Shown here piece after piece: positions 20,422-30,476 of a stretch of 64,000 nucleotides of DNA (within the stretch, counting starts at the first letter, position 1; each line of letters starts with the position of its first letter). The notes under the pieces were generated by a model, which did no database searches, was not told the origin of the DNA, and was given only the letters and a program-made list of their open reading frames with translations. This DNA comes from Candidatus Melainabacteria bacterium 17Bon1m (GTDB taxonomy: Bacteria; Cyanobacteriota; Vampirovibrionia; Obscuribacterales; Obscuribacteraceae). The stretch is taken from positions 137,147 to 201,146 of the forward strand of contig JAVLKG010000012.1 of NCBI GenBank assembly GCA_032128875.1, in the 5' to 3' direction. The translations under genes and the position numbers were made by a program.

Positions 20422-21669
20422 TTACCCTTTCAGAAGACCTGTCACTGTGTCCGAATTAGAACTAAAGTCCGGAAAGACTGTCTGCAACTGACGCGACGAA
20501 AGTTGAAGGTGCTCGCCGATTACAGAAGAGACGACAGAACGAAAGTCGGTACGCACCGGAAGATCTCTTCCTTCGTAGAGTGCGCGGTCCGTGATTCCAT
20601 CCCAGTATCCCATCAGCTTACCACCCTGGACCGCGCCGCCTAATGCCCAGATGAAATTGCCGTGTCCATGGTCGGTTCCATTGTTGCCGTTTTCTTTGAC
20701 AGTTCGTCCGAACTCAGACATTACTAGAATGACTGTGCGCTGATATGTATCGCCGAGTGACTCAGCCAAATCACTCAATCCGTGTCCAAGAACTTGCAAG
20801 TGATTTGCAAGCTGACCCTTGCCGTTGCCCTGGTTGACGTGAGTGTCGAATCCACCTAAGTCTAAAAATGCAACTTGCACTTTTGGTTCTTCTCTCATCA
20901 GTTTGCCCAATTGCTTTCCGAATGCGCCAAATCTTGCAGCTTGAATTGCACCGCCGTTTGCCTGCATTTGCTCGCCACTGAGTTTTTCATTGATAGTCGT
21001 CCGCGCCTCCATGCCGTCCTGAAAAGCACGTTCTAAGCTGTCCCCGCGTCCTTCATACATGCGCTCAAAGCTCGAGGCAATTACTTCATTGTCGATTGGG
21101 CTGCGTCTTCTCTTCAACTCTGCTTTGAAAGTCGCGGAAGCAACAGGACCTTGCAGAATGCGTGGTGTTGTTGAGCCAATATTGAGTGCGCGAACCGGCG
21201 AGTGATTGTCCGGCAATTGCGCCAGCAGACGATTGAGCCAGCCCGTGCTGGTGGCTTTTCGTCCGGGGCAGCCGCTTTCCATATAGTCTTGCGCATCGAA
21301 GTGTGAGCGTGTTGGATCGGGCGAACCTGAGTTTAGGACGAATGACAGAGACTTGTTTTTCCAAAGAGGCAATATTGGTTCGAGCGCGGGATGCAGGCCG
21401 AAATGTCCATCCAAATCCAGCACTCCGAGCTGATTGCCGGGGGGTGGTATGGCAATGTTGTTTCGCACTTTGTAGTAGTTGGGATCGGAATATGGAACCA
21501 CTACACTTAATCCATCGATAGCTCCCCTCAGGAAAACAACGACTAGTTTGTTGGTTGGACCCGAGTTTGAAGCCGCGCTGCCACTTGTCTTTGCCCAAAC
21601 ATTTACTTGTGGCATTAACAAGGAGGCTGTCGCCAGACCGGCGGTTTTCAAAAAATCTCTTCTATTCAT
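20422..21669 (-). CDS. DUF1501 family protein with Tat signal
   Basis: MNRRDFLK twin-arginine signal; LRGAIDGL, RSHFDAQ, GGFDTH, SEFGRT...GTDHG. Confidence 0.9.
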   Translation of the reverse strand: MNRRDFLKTAGLATASLLMPQVNVWAKTSGSAASNSGPTNKLVVVFLRGAIDGLSVVVPYSDPNYYKVRNNIAIPPPGNQLGVLDLDGHFGLHPALEPILPLWKNKSLSFVLNSGSPDPTRSHFDAQDYMESGCPGRKATSTGWLNRLLAQLPDNHSPVRALNIGSTTPRILQGPVASATFKAELKRRRSPIDNEVIASSFERMYEGRGDSLERAFQDGMEARTTINEKLSGEQMQANGGAIQAARFGAFGKQLGKLMREEPKVQVAFLDLGGFDTHVNQGNGKGQLANHLQVLGHGLSDLAESLGDTYQRTVILVMSEFGRTVKENGNNGTDHGHGNFIWALGGAVQGGKLMGYWDGITDRALYEGRDLPVRTDFRSVVSSVIGEHLQLSSRQLQTVFPDFSSNSDTVTGLLKG

Positions 21670-21693
21670 TTTGCTACCGTCTCTCGAATAGTT

Positions 21694-23526
21694 CTAATAC
21701 ATCATGAATTCGGGGCTGCCTAGCACGAGGCTTTGTCTAAGTTGAGGCTGGGCCTGCTCTATAGCGCTTACTGTTTTCTCTGAAATGGTTGAAAGACTGT
21801 CTGTAACATCACCTTTTGGGTTTGCACTTACCCTGATTCCTGGCAGACGATTGGCACCAAGTGCGGTGGCAAAGTTGAGGCGGTTGATCAAACTGTCTGG
21901 ATTCAGCCAAGCCTCTTTCGTATTTTTATAACCGTCTGGAGTCAAACATTTGTACAGGGGTTGACCAGCTTGTTTTAAAAACGCGAGAAGCGGCAAGACA
22001 TTATCTATGGTGGCGTCTGTCGCGCGCAGACTGGAAATAACATAGCGGTGCGGCGACTTGAATTTGTTGTTTCTGTTGGCGTTGCTCCAGAATTCGTCGC
22101 TGTCGAACATGGTCGTTAGAACTTCAGCAATTTGACCGTCAGTTCGTGTAAAAGTGGCTGCCATTTTTTGCACTAAAGAATCCGGCGGTTTGTCAGCCAC
22201 AAAATACTGAGCCAGTTTGTAGCTTATGTGACGAGCTGTGGATGGATGGCGCGAGAGTATGTCGAGCGCTTCTTCAATTTCGCGCTCACCGCTGCCTTGA
22301 ATTGTATGACCGACAACAACCTTTGTGCCTGTGTCGTGCCTGCGAGCATCGAAGAACGAGCCGGTTTTCGGATTACCAGGAATTGTGGAGGCAGACACCG
22401 CGTCTCCATAATTACGAATTCCTCTTTGCCTTGGTCGTCGAGAGAAGGGCTGCATGTCAATGCTGTTGGTCTGCATCTGGCCAAGTTGCCCTGCGGCTTG
22501 TCGGCGTTGCATCACATTCCTGAGTGCCAAACCAGCGCCGCCACCAGGTTGCAGACCCAAGCCAGTAAGAACTCTTGCCAGCTCTTGTACGTCCTTCTGG
22601 GTATAACCGCCGTCTACTCCAAGCGTGTGTAATTCCATCAATTCGCGCGCATAGTTTTCATTTATGCCTTTGAATTTGCTTTTGGCTTTGGGATTATTCA
22701 GCACCGGTCTATACGCCGCGGCAGTATTCTGCCAGTTGTCCAGGTAGAACAGCATGGCCGCATGATGGGCGGTTGCGCCGAGTAAGTCGCGAAAGCGACC
22801 AAGTGCATAAGGACGAATTGCAGACTCTTCGTACTGACCCGTCCAAATATGGTCGAGACCTTTATCGCTGGAAACATTGAAGTGATTGAACCAGAAGTCG
22901 GTCATCAATTCCTGCAACTGTCGCGGGCTGTCGACCGCTCTTGTAAGATGCGCCTTCGCAGCGTCCTGATACATTTTTCCGTAGGTCTCGCGAACGACTT
23001 TTCCCAGAGCTTTTTTCTCTTCCGGAGTCTTACCGCCGCCTTGAGAGAGCGCCTTCAAAGCTGGTTTTCCATAATTTAGAAACAGGCTGAGGGGGGTCTC
23101 CGTGAGCGCAGGGACTTGCGCAACCTGGGCAACCGCACTAGGAAGTGGAATCGACTCAGGAGATAGTTGCTCTTTTAAATATTGCTCTACACCTATAGCT
23201 TGCACTCGTTCGATGTCGCCGGGGCGCATTCCATAAGTCGTTCGATTTAAGAGGTGCGCGATTCCCTCACGGGAATTTTTCATCGCGCTGTCAACCTTCG
23301 GCACGGCATCTGGTCTGTCGATTCTCGTCTGGCTTGCCTTCCCGGCTTTCGCTAAGACTTCGTTGCAAATCAGACCCGCATCCGCACTCAGTCCGAGCAG
23401 AACCGCCATAAAAGTATGCGTGACTTTCTGCCGAGCTTTTGGCCGAGTATTTTGCCTAGCTTTAGGCCGAGCGTAAGGCCGAGCGTAAGGCCGAGCGTTA
23501 GTAGGATTGTCTGCACTATTTGTCAT
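21694..23526 (-). CDS. DUF1800 family protein
   Basis: HLLNRTTYG, FWFNHFNV, MLFYLDN, NENYARELMELHTLG, KFKSP, SPEFM; usual partner of DUF1501. Start uncertain (ORF extends to 23643). Confidence 0.9.
   Translation of the reverse strand: MTNSADNPTNARPYARPYARPKARQNTRPKARQKVTHTFMAVLLGLSADAGLICNEVLAKAGKASQTRIDRPDAVPKVDSAMKNSREGIAHLLNRTTYGMRPGDIERVQAIGVEQYLKEQLSPESIPLPSAVAQVAQVPALTETPLSLFLNYGKPALKALSQGGGKTPEEKKALGKVVRETYGKMYQDAAKAHLTRAVDSPRQLQELMTDFWFNHFNVSSDKGLDHIWTGQYEESAIRPYALGRFRDLLGATAHHAAMLFYLDNWQNTAAAYRPVLNNPKAKSKFKGINENYARELMELHTLGVDGGYTQKDVQELARVLTGLGLQPGGGAGLALRNVMQRRQAAGQLGQMQTNSIDMQPFSRRPRQRGIRNYGDAVSASTIPGNPKTGSFFDARRHDTGTKVVVGHTIQGSGEREIEEALDILSRHPSTARHISYKLAQYFVADKPPDSLVQKMAATFTRTDGQIAEVLTTMFDSDEFWSNANRNNKFKSPHRYVISSLRATDATIDNVLPLLAFLKQAGQPLYKCLTPDGYKNTKEAWLNPDSLINRLNFATALGANRLPGIRVSANPKGDVTDSLSTISEKTVSAIEQAQPQLRQSLVLGSPEFMMY
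23465..23500. repeat. 12-bp tandem repeat in the DUF1800 5' region
   Basis: GGCCGAGCGTAA x3 (last copy imperfect), encoding ARPY/ARPK, with degenerate copies alongside. Confidence 0.8.
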
Positions 23527-23894
23527 AGATAAATATGAAATCGCCAATTGGGGGCACTTTGCTGACGGACTTTCAACTTTTCGATTGACCGCGTACTTCT
23601 GACGATGCACCGGGCATATTTTTAAATACGTAAACTGCGGCAAAAAAGTTCAATTCTTCGCATCGAATTAATCTGCCGCTTGGTTTTGGATACCTTTCAG
23701 TTGAACATATATGGATACCGAGCAAGTACTTAAGAATGCCCGGGCGTGCCTTCTAATAACTTAGGGTTCGAACTCCACCGGATTTGTGCGTGTTAGGATC
23801 GAAATAGAATTAGAACATAGGCTTCGCGGCATCCCAATGGCGACTTCCTCCCTGTAGGCAGCTACAAAGGGTGGCTAAATAGGAGCATCCTGTC

Positions 23895-24431
23895 ATGCAG
23901 ACCACCGAACGCGCGGCATCATCAAAGTCTTCCTCTCCTCTCGAAATCAAGCCAATCGGTGATGAACACCGTGAATGGCTGAATGCGAAGATGAAAGAGA
24001 TCTGGAGCGGGCGCTTCGTCGTAACCCGTGGAGTCGCGTACGAGCCCGCTACGCTACCAGGGTTTATCGCATACGAGAAAGGCAATCCAGTTGGTGTGGC
24101 TACTTATCACATCAACGATGACGAATGCGAACTGATCACACTGGATGCGCTGTCTCAGTGGCATGGTGTAGGTACAGCCTTGATTGAGGCTGTCGAGGAA
24201 GAAGCTCGCAAGCAGGCGTGCAGTCGTATGTGGATGATCACGACAAATGACAATATCGATGGGTTGAGATTCTATCAGCGTCGCGGCTACGTTATGTGCG
24301 CAGTGCATATCAACGCGATTGATCAAAGCCGCAAGATCAAGCCGTCAATTCCGGTTGTCGGCAATTACGGTATAGAAATTCGAGACGAGATAGAGCTCGA
24401 AAAGTACCTGTGGTGCTGGATTGGCTGGTAG
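23895..24431 (+). CDS. GNAT family N-acetyltransferase
   Basis: QWHGVGTALI acetyl-CoA motif, TTNDNIDGLRFYQRRGY. Confidence 0.9.
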   Translation: MQTTERAASSKSSSPLEIKPIGDEHREWLNAKMKEIWSGRFVVTRGVAYEPATLPGFIAYEKGNPVGVATYHINDDECELITLDALSQWHGVGTALIEAVEEEARKQACSRMWMITTNDNIDGLRFYQRRGYVMCAVHINAIDQSRKIKPSIPVVGNYGIEIRDEIELEKYLWCWIGW

Positions 24432-24757
24432 TGTTTCTCATTCTCCGAAAGCCTCTTTCCTTTCAGCCTTTTTAGATTTCTAGACCTTTAAGACCTTTTA
24501 GACCGGTTTTTCGCGCACCATATTTGATGCCTTTCCATGGTCGTTACCTGTTCCGATAAGTCTTTCTGTTGATGAAACCAGGTAAATCCGTCTCATAAAT
24601 AAGACAAAAAGGGTGGCGAAAAGGGTTTTTCACATTCTTTTGGTTCTCAGGGGAAGTCAAATGTCGGTCTTTTCTGCGCTTTGGGCACATTTCTATTGAA
24701 CGGTCGTCAACAGATTCACGTATAACGCAAACGATACTCGTTCACTTTGGGCTGCTG

Positions 24758-25228
24758 ATGTTCGAAAGAGTGACTAGACATTTCATAATTTCACTGTACT
24801 CGTGCTTGTTTATCGGGCTTGTAGTCTGGCATATGCCGGTTGGCGCCGATCCGGCGAAGACTGCGAGTAATGATGGCTTTGAAAGACCATATGGTTACTT
24901 TACTCCGATGATTTTGGATACTGTAAAAGCGAATGATGACCAGCGCAGGAAGATTACCGCAATAGTTGAAGAACTGCGACCAACGATTGAACCACTTCGA
25001 AAGAAGTTCAAAGAGAAGCAGACTGTGTTTTTGTCTGGCATGGCGTCAGGCGCATCGGCAGAAGATCTCCTTTGCGCGCAAAGAGAGCTTGGTCAGATTA
25101 GAGGCGAAATAAACGATCAGTATTTGCTGATGCGTCTGAGAGTGCGCAAGCTGTTGCAACCTGCTCAGCAAGAGCTTTATGATGATTTCCTTGCCAAGCA
25201 AGGTTGGATGAAGAAAAATAAGAAGTAG
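24758..25228 (+). CDS. Spy/CpxP-like periplasmic helical protein
   Basis: N-terminal hydrophobic signal, DDQRRKI, and C-terminal VRKLLQPAQQ (LTxxQ-like). Confidence 0.65.
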   Translation: MFERVTRHFIISLYSCLFIGLVVWHMPVGADPAKTASNDGFERPYGYFTPMILDTVKANDDQRRKITAIVEELRPTIEPLRKKFKEKQTVFLSGMASGASAEDLLCAQRELGQIRGEINDQYLLMRLRVRKLLQPAQQELYDDFLAKQGWMKKNKK

Positions 25229-25263
25229 TCGGTGTTGAGTTTTATCGGCTGACTGGCGAAGAA

Positions 25264-26160
25264 TCAGTGTCCATAAGGCTTTTGATTACTATGTTTCAAT
25301 GCTGATTTTTGCAGCAGTGAAAGGCGTTGCACATACATATCAGTGGCCCTTTCTGCATCATCTTCCAGTGCCAAACCTTTAGCAATTTCGTTTAAATCAG
25401 GCGTTTTGGGTGTGACTTTGAAGGGTTTTCCAACTACTGCAAATGCACCATAGTTTTGACGCCCGAAGAGATTTCGAAACTTCTTAAAACCTAGGCCTTG
25501 AACTGCCTTTTGAAACAATGTCGATTCTGCCGGATCGGTCTTGTAATGCACTCCTACGGGCACTATCCATATAGGCTCCTTCCTTTTGCGCGCACAAATT
25601 TTTGCAATTGTCATCGTGCCTGACTTGAAGTCTCTTCGGCGAATCACTTCGTCCGGAACCAACTGTCCTTGCGGAAAAATCACAAGCTGCGCGTGTGGAC
25701 CTCCAGAGGAAAGCGCCGTGACCGCTGCTTTGAATGCCCGAGTACGACCCTCCTGTGTCTCTTCATCGACTGCGATTGCACCAGTCATAGCCCCAATCCA
25801 GCCGCGGAATCCGAGCACTTCGGTAGTTCGAATCAGGTAGTACATAGGTGAAATGCCAATTAACGAAGAGACAATTGATGCATCACCAGCATCGATGTGA
25901 AATGGTGCAATGATGCGAGGTCCGGACTTCGGCATGCGATCTTTGCCGACTATTTTAATTGGCCCTACTTCGAGAAAACCCAATGTGTAGCACAATGATC
26001 TGCAAAGTAGATTAGTAAGGAAATATGGCTCTGGCGGCACGTATCCGCCATCTCTTACCTTCAGCACTTCGGCTGACCAGAATTCGATACGACCGCGGGC
26101 AGCGGATACGAGCATCCAGAGGAAAAGAGCAAGACAGATACAAATGAAGACATCTTGCAT
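25264..26160 (-). CDS. PlsC-like lysophospholipid acyltransferase
   Basis: HxxxxD motif (HIDAGD), IFPQG, FKSG, IVPVGV; N-terminal membrane anchor. Confidence 0.8.
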   Translation of the reverse strand: MQDVFICICLALFLWMLVSAARGRIEFWSAEVLKVRDGGYVPPEPYFLTNLLCRSLCYTLGFLEVGPIKIVGKDRMPKSGPRIIAPFHIDAGDASIVSSLIGISPMYYLIRTTEVLGFRGWIGAMTGAIAVDEETQEGRTRAFKAAVTALSSGGPHAQLVIFPQGQLVPDEVIRRRDFKSGTMTIAKICARKRKEPIWIVPVGVHYKTDPAESTLFQKAVQGLGFKKFRNLFGRQNYGAFAVVGKPFKVTPKTPDLNEIAKGLALEDDAERATDMYVQRLSLLQKSALKHSNQKPYGH

Positions 26161-26217
26161 ATTATGGTTGCTGCCACCGCTTATGCCTTTGCCACCGTAT
26201 GTGGTGTAGTGGCGAGG

Positions 26218-27027
26218 CTAGAAAGTGATAGTGTGGACGCCGTTGCCGCCCCGCTTCTCAATCATCTCTGCGGCGCCGTCGGCTTGCATAATCATCTCTT
26301 CTGCCGGTAATGTTTCGCCGGTTGAAGTGCATATTCCGAGACTGACAGTGAATGTGACCTTGTGCCACATATGCTCAAGGCATGTGCCTTCTATTGCCGC
26401 TCGTATGCGCTCTGCGAACTGCTGAGCCTGGTCTGCCGATGTCTCCGGCAAAACAATGATAAACCGCTCGTTGAGGTAGCGTCCAAGCAAGTCTACATCG
26501 CGGCGAATAATCGCTGAAAAGCGCTGGCTGGCGGCTAGCAGGACTTCGTTCTGGACCATCTCGGCGAAATTGCCGAAGCGCTGCGGCAGTGTAGCAAAAC
26601 CGTCAATCGAGACGATCATCACCGATGTTGTGTGTCCGTAGCGAGCCGCCCGCCTGACCTCAGAGCGAAGCCGGTTCAATACGTAGCGAAATTTCAGCAC
26701 AGGAAGGGTCGGATCTTGTAGCGCACGCTTTTCCAACTCGTCGTCTGGTAAATTCTGGCACTGGCATGATTTAGCCCCGTACTGCGGTACGGTAGAGCCC
26801 TGCTGCGTGACAGCAGATGGAAATCCTGCGGCAACCTGAGTCGGATGAGCACCGGTTTGCGAGACTAACTGCTGCGCATTTTGAGCTTGTTTTGCTTTTA
26901 CCAGTTCCATCGCGCGCTGCGCAGCTTCAGCGTTGCCGTGTAATGTGTTGCGCACATTTGAAACGCCTCGATGGAAGAAATTGTCTTTAATCACCCATTC
27001 CTGGTGCTCGTCTTTATTCGATGACAT
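26218..27027 (-). CDS. Degenerate GGDEF-domain protein
   Basis: EVRRAARYG...SVMIVSIDGF...RRDVDLLGRYLNERFIIVLPET...TVSLG...ADGA...KRGGN; GGDEF is replaced by LNERF. Confidence 0.85.
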   Translation of the reverse strand: MSSNKDEHQEWVIKDNFFHRGVSNVRNTLHGNAEAAQRAMELVKAKQAQNAQQLVSQTGAHPTQVAAGFPSAVTQQGSTVPQYGAKSCQCQNLPDDELEKRALQDPTLPVLKFRYVLNRLRSEVRRAARYGHTTSVMIVSIDGFATLPQRFGNFAEMVQNEVLLAASQRFSAIIRRDVDLLGRYLNERFIIVLPETSADQAQQFAERIRAAIEGTCLEHMWHKVTFTVSLGICTSTGETLPAEEMIMQADGAAEMIEKRGGNGVHTITF

Positions 27028-27254
27028 AACCTTTTAATTTTCTTTCAACCCGTGCGACCACAAGCAACCCCCCGGTTGCCACAGGCGACCCCCCGGTCAC
27101 CTCCAACTATATACCCAAATTCGCCAACAATTCATCGTTTTCAGGCACGGGGAAGTACTTCACACCTTGTGAAGACGCAGGTGTATGAAGACTGTTCCTG
27201 TAAATTCAGGCACTTACAGGCTTCGCGGCAATGTATTGTTTTTGTAGTCTCGGT

Positions 27255-28166
27255 TTAACGAACGCTGGTTTTTTCGCGCTCGCGCTTTCTGTGCGGCTTA
27301 ACATTAGCGCGACCGGAGCCGACCACTGCGACCGGGACAGCATGAAGGGTCTCGTTTGCCAGTGATTCGTTGATTGTGCCAACCAGACCAACCTTCTGCA
27401 GAGCCTTAAGCACCAAGAAGGACGGGTCGATTTCCCAGGGCTTGATGCCCATGTTGCTCGAGCCCGGGACAGCATGGTGGTTGTTGTGCCAACCGTCGCC
27501 GACGCAGATAATCGCCATGAGCCAGTTGTTCATGCTGTCGTCTTTGATGTTGAAGTTCTTGTAGCCCCATTGCGGCATGTGGCAGACGATGTTCAAAATC
27601 AGGGGGCTGTTGAGCGCGAGGAACCCAGCCAACAAGCTGGCTCCTGCTACGAGCGGTCCAAAAGCTGCCCAGAGGGCAACGCGGAAGAGCAAGCTGCTGA
27701 TGACGTTAATCGCGTAACCCAGCTTCCAATCTGCGCCCGACTCGAGCAGACGGTAAAGCGGATCTTTGAGCAAGTCCTTGCTCTGGACTCGGGGGTTGAT
27801 GTACTCAGGATAATGCCATTCGCGGTAGAAGGCGTATGACGAAAAGATGCCGTTTCGTGGAGTGTGCGGGTCAAGCGGCTGGTCGGAAAAACGATGGTGA
27901 GCGCGGTGAATCGTCGCCCACCACACTGGAGAACCGTGAAATGCGAAGTACGCGCCGAAAACGAAGAAATACTCGACAGCCTTTGGGCAGGTGAAGGCGC
28001 GATGCGAGAGCAGTCTATGCAGTCCGATTGTCACTCCGAACATGTGCCAGAGGTAAAAGACCAGCGTCAAACCGCAAAACAGGGCTATCGGTTCCAAAAG
28101 GCCTACCTCGTGACGGGCGGGGAGTGGGATTGTCTGGACCAAACAATGGCCAGACGCGCGGTTCAT
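27255..28166 (-). CDS. Delta-9-type fatty acid (acyl-lipid/acyl-CoA) desaturase
   Basis: His boxes HRLLSH, HRAHH and WHNNHH, plus DPHTP. Confidence 0.92.
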   Translation of the reverse strand: MNRASGHCLVQTIPLPARHEVGLLEPIALFCGLTLVFYLWHMFGVTIGLHRLLSHRAFTCPKAVEYFFVFGAYFAFHGSPVWWATIHRAHHRFSDQPLDPHTPRNGIFSSYAFYREWHYPEYINPRVQSKDLLKDPLYRLLESGADWKLGYAINVISSLLFRVALWAAFGPLVAGASLLAGFLALNSPLILNIVCHMPQWGYKNFNIKDDSMNNWLMAIICVGDGWHNNHHAVPGSSNMGIKPWEIDPSFLVLKALQKVGLVGTINESLANETLHAVPVAVVGSGRANVKPHRKREREKTSVR

Positions 28167-28602
28167 CAGTGTCCCAGGTTACTGGAAACCGCTCGGAAAA
28201 GTATAGTCTGATAGGTATAGAAGTAGTTATTTTTGACGAAATTTACACTTTTGTGAGCGTAATATCATCTCAGCGCAGTTTTTTATGCGCTTTAACTCAT
28301 AACAAGCCAATCACCTGTCAAACCGACCTGAATTGCAGCATACAAGATGCCATTAGAAATAACCAGTAAGGTTGCGTCATGTTGCAGCACCAAATACGGT
28401 GTCACTTTTGGCGTTTTCCGCCTCCAGGTAAAAAGCGAAGGATTTATTACAGGTTTTTCCTTGCTCATAACCCCCGCTAAGTCCGCAGCATGAGCTTTCT
28501 GCGTCTTTTTTCTCTTTTGTGAAAGTTTTGCCCTTTGCTATTGTGGCAATACGTAGATTACGCCCGTTTCATAAACTCTGTTTTCCTCGCCGTGAGCGCC
28601 AA

Positions 28603-30207
28603 ATGCAGTTTCCAAATTCGTCAAAGAGTTTCATAAACGCCAAAAGCTCCAAAGTCCCCAAGGTAGTCTCGTACGGACTGGTATTGGCTATCTTGCAGGT
28701 TGTTTCGCAAGCTCCAAATGCTTTCGCCCTTGAGGCAGGCGTGCAGCAAGAAACCCTAAAGGGAAACGCCGAGCAGCAAGGATTGACTGGCAGTGCCGTC
28801 GAGCAAATTTTGCGTGGTGATGTGGAGCAGCGTAATCTACAGGGCGGTGCACAGCAGCAGGTTCTTGAAGGACAGACTCAACAGCAGTTATTACAGGGTG
28901 GCGCGCAACAGCAGGTTTTGAACGGGGGCGCTCAACAGACGACGCTACAAGGCGGAGCATCCACGCGGCTTCTCAATGGTTCGATTAAGGATGAAGCCCC
29001 GCTCAATCCATCTCTCATCCTTCTGCCTGGGGCTGCGGACAAAAACCGTGGACTCAACGCCGGAATCAACAGTAACCGTCCCATGCCGGGACAGGTAAAC
29101 CAATTCGCCGGCAACCAGCATTTTTTTCCGGGTCAAGCCACCCCTTCAGCCTTTGGTACTCCGGGTCGCTCGTTGAATGCTGCAGCTGGGTGGGCGACGC
29201 ACCCGATCCCACCCATCTCCAGCTATACACTGACACCCCGAAACGGCGTCATGACCTTTGATCCAACCTATTCGGTTACTCCGGGCGCGACCACCAAAGG
29301 CGTCACAGAAATAGCGCCGCGCTATGAGTCACGGCAGTGGCAATCGCACAACGGAATTACCTCTTACGTCCCCGGATACGAAGTGCAAAAGGCATCTTCT
29401 GAGCAGTCTGGGTCAAAAGTTCAAATGTTTGGACCAGGCATGGGATTGCGCGGCGGACCGATTTCTGGTGGCGTTGGATTCAAACTGGACGGTGACCCGG
29501 TGACTAAGGACGGCGTCACATCTTATGTGCCGGGCTATGAGGTGAAAAAGGTCACCGAGAAAAAGGGCTCCGTTTCGGACTACACGCCGGGCGGATCGCT
29601 GACTCATACACAAACGCGCAGCGGTGTTGTGACCTATGCGCCCGGCTATGAGGTTTCGATCATGGTCCCTGGCTACAGGAAAGAAACGTTGGGGGGCCAG
29701 TACTCCGCGCCCACCAATACCGGTTTGCTCGCCCATGCCGGCAAGTTGACCCCGGCTGGCGGGGGCGAATTTGCTGAGCCGGTTGTGGCGCAGGAAACAC
29801 CAATGCGTGCTGATGCCTTACTGTTGCCTTCGCTAAATGCAACGGTAGCTCCAACCTGGAACGACTGGTATCACCGAGTCGCCGGTGCAATATATGCGCG
29901 TTGGCAGAGTGTAGAGGTTGGGCCGGGTGTGGCGACTGTTCGAGTCACAGTGACTAAAGACCGCAACCTTTCGGCACAGGTGGAAGACTTTGTGCCTGCC
30001 GACAATGTGGCGCGAAACGTTGATTCTGAAACCAACTTCAAGCAATGCGCCCTCAATGCGGTGGAACTGGTCAAACAGTACGAAATTCCGAAATTTCCCG
30101 AAAATGCTGATTTGCCGCGTGTTACGTTCGATCTGGAGATGAAGCGAAACGTCGAATCACGTCCAGGCTTCGACGTGGCCGGAGGTGGCGCTAAGACGAA
30201 GCCCTGA
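28603..30207 (+). CDS. Exported repeat protein with C-terminal TonB/TolA-C-like domain
   Basis: Signal-like segment ending AFA; 9-aa LxGxxxQ repeats; GVTSYxPGYEV repeats; C-terminal WNDWYHRV...W...ATVRVTV...ALNAV...PKFP. Confidence 0.6.
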   Translation: MQFPNSSKSFINAKSSKVPKVVSYGLVLAILQVVSQAPNAFALEAGVQQETLKGNAEQQGLTGSAVEQILRGDVEQRNLQGGAQQQVLEGQTQQQLLQGGAQQQVLNGGAQQTTLQGGASTRLLNGSIKDEAPLNPSLILLPGAADKNRGLNAGINSNRPMPGQVNQFAGNQHFFPGQATPSAFGTPGRSLNAAAGWATHPIPPISSYTLTPRNGVMTFDPTYSVTPGATTKGVTEIAPRYESRQWQSHNGITSYVPGYEVQKASSEQSGSKVQMFGPGMGLRGGPISGGVGFKLDGDPVTKDGVTSYVPGYEVKKVTEKKGSVSDYTPGGSLTHTQTRSGVVTYAPGYEVSIMVPGYRKETLGGQYSAPTNTGLLAHAGKLTPAGGGEFAEPVVAQETPMRADALLLPSLNATVAPTWNDWYHRVAGAIYARWQSVEVGPGVATVRVTVTKDRNLSAQVEDFVPADNVARNVDSETNFKQCALNAVELVKQYEIPKFPENADLPRVTFDLEMKRNVESRPGFDVAGGGAKTKP

Positions 30208-30476
30208 TAGTCCTATTTCGGAGATCTCAAGAATCTATATTTTATGGCCATCGCATTGATTTTGTTGTGCCTGCTGGGCAAGTAGAGTTGTGTGGGCCAA
30301 AGTTGGATACTGGATAGCATTTTGCGAACACGTGACGACCGCGCATTCAGCACGGCAGGTGGCTAGGACATTAATACGACGGCTCGAGATACGAAACATT
30401 TTTCGCCGTCCTGTGTCTAATAACTCATTGGAGTCCTGGTTGCCGATGAATAGAAACTATGGACTGATTACTACCT

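Noticed and set aside
24455-24510. Short CCTTT(T)AGA repeats after the GNAT gene
   Set aside because: Low-complexity and short, with no structure or function that can be supported.
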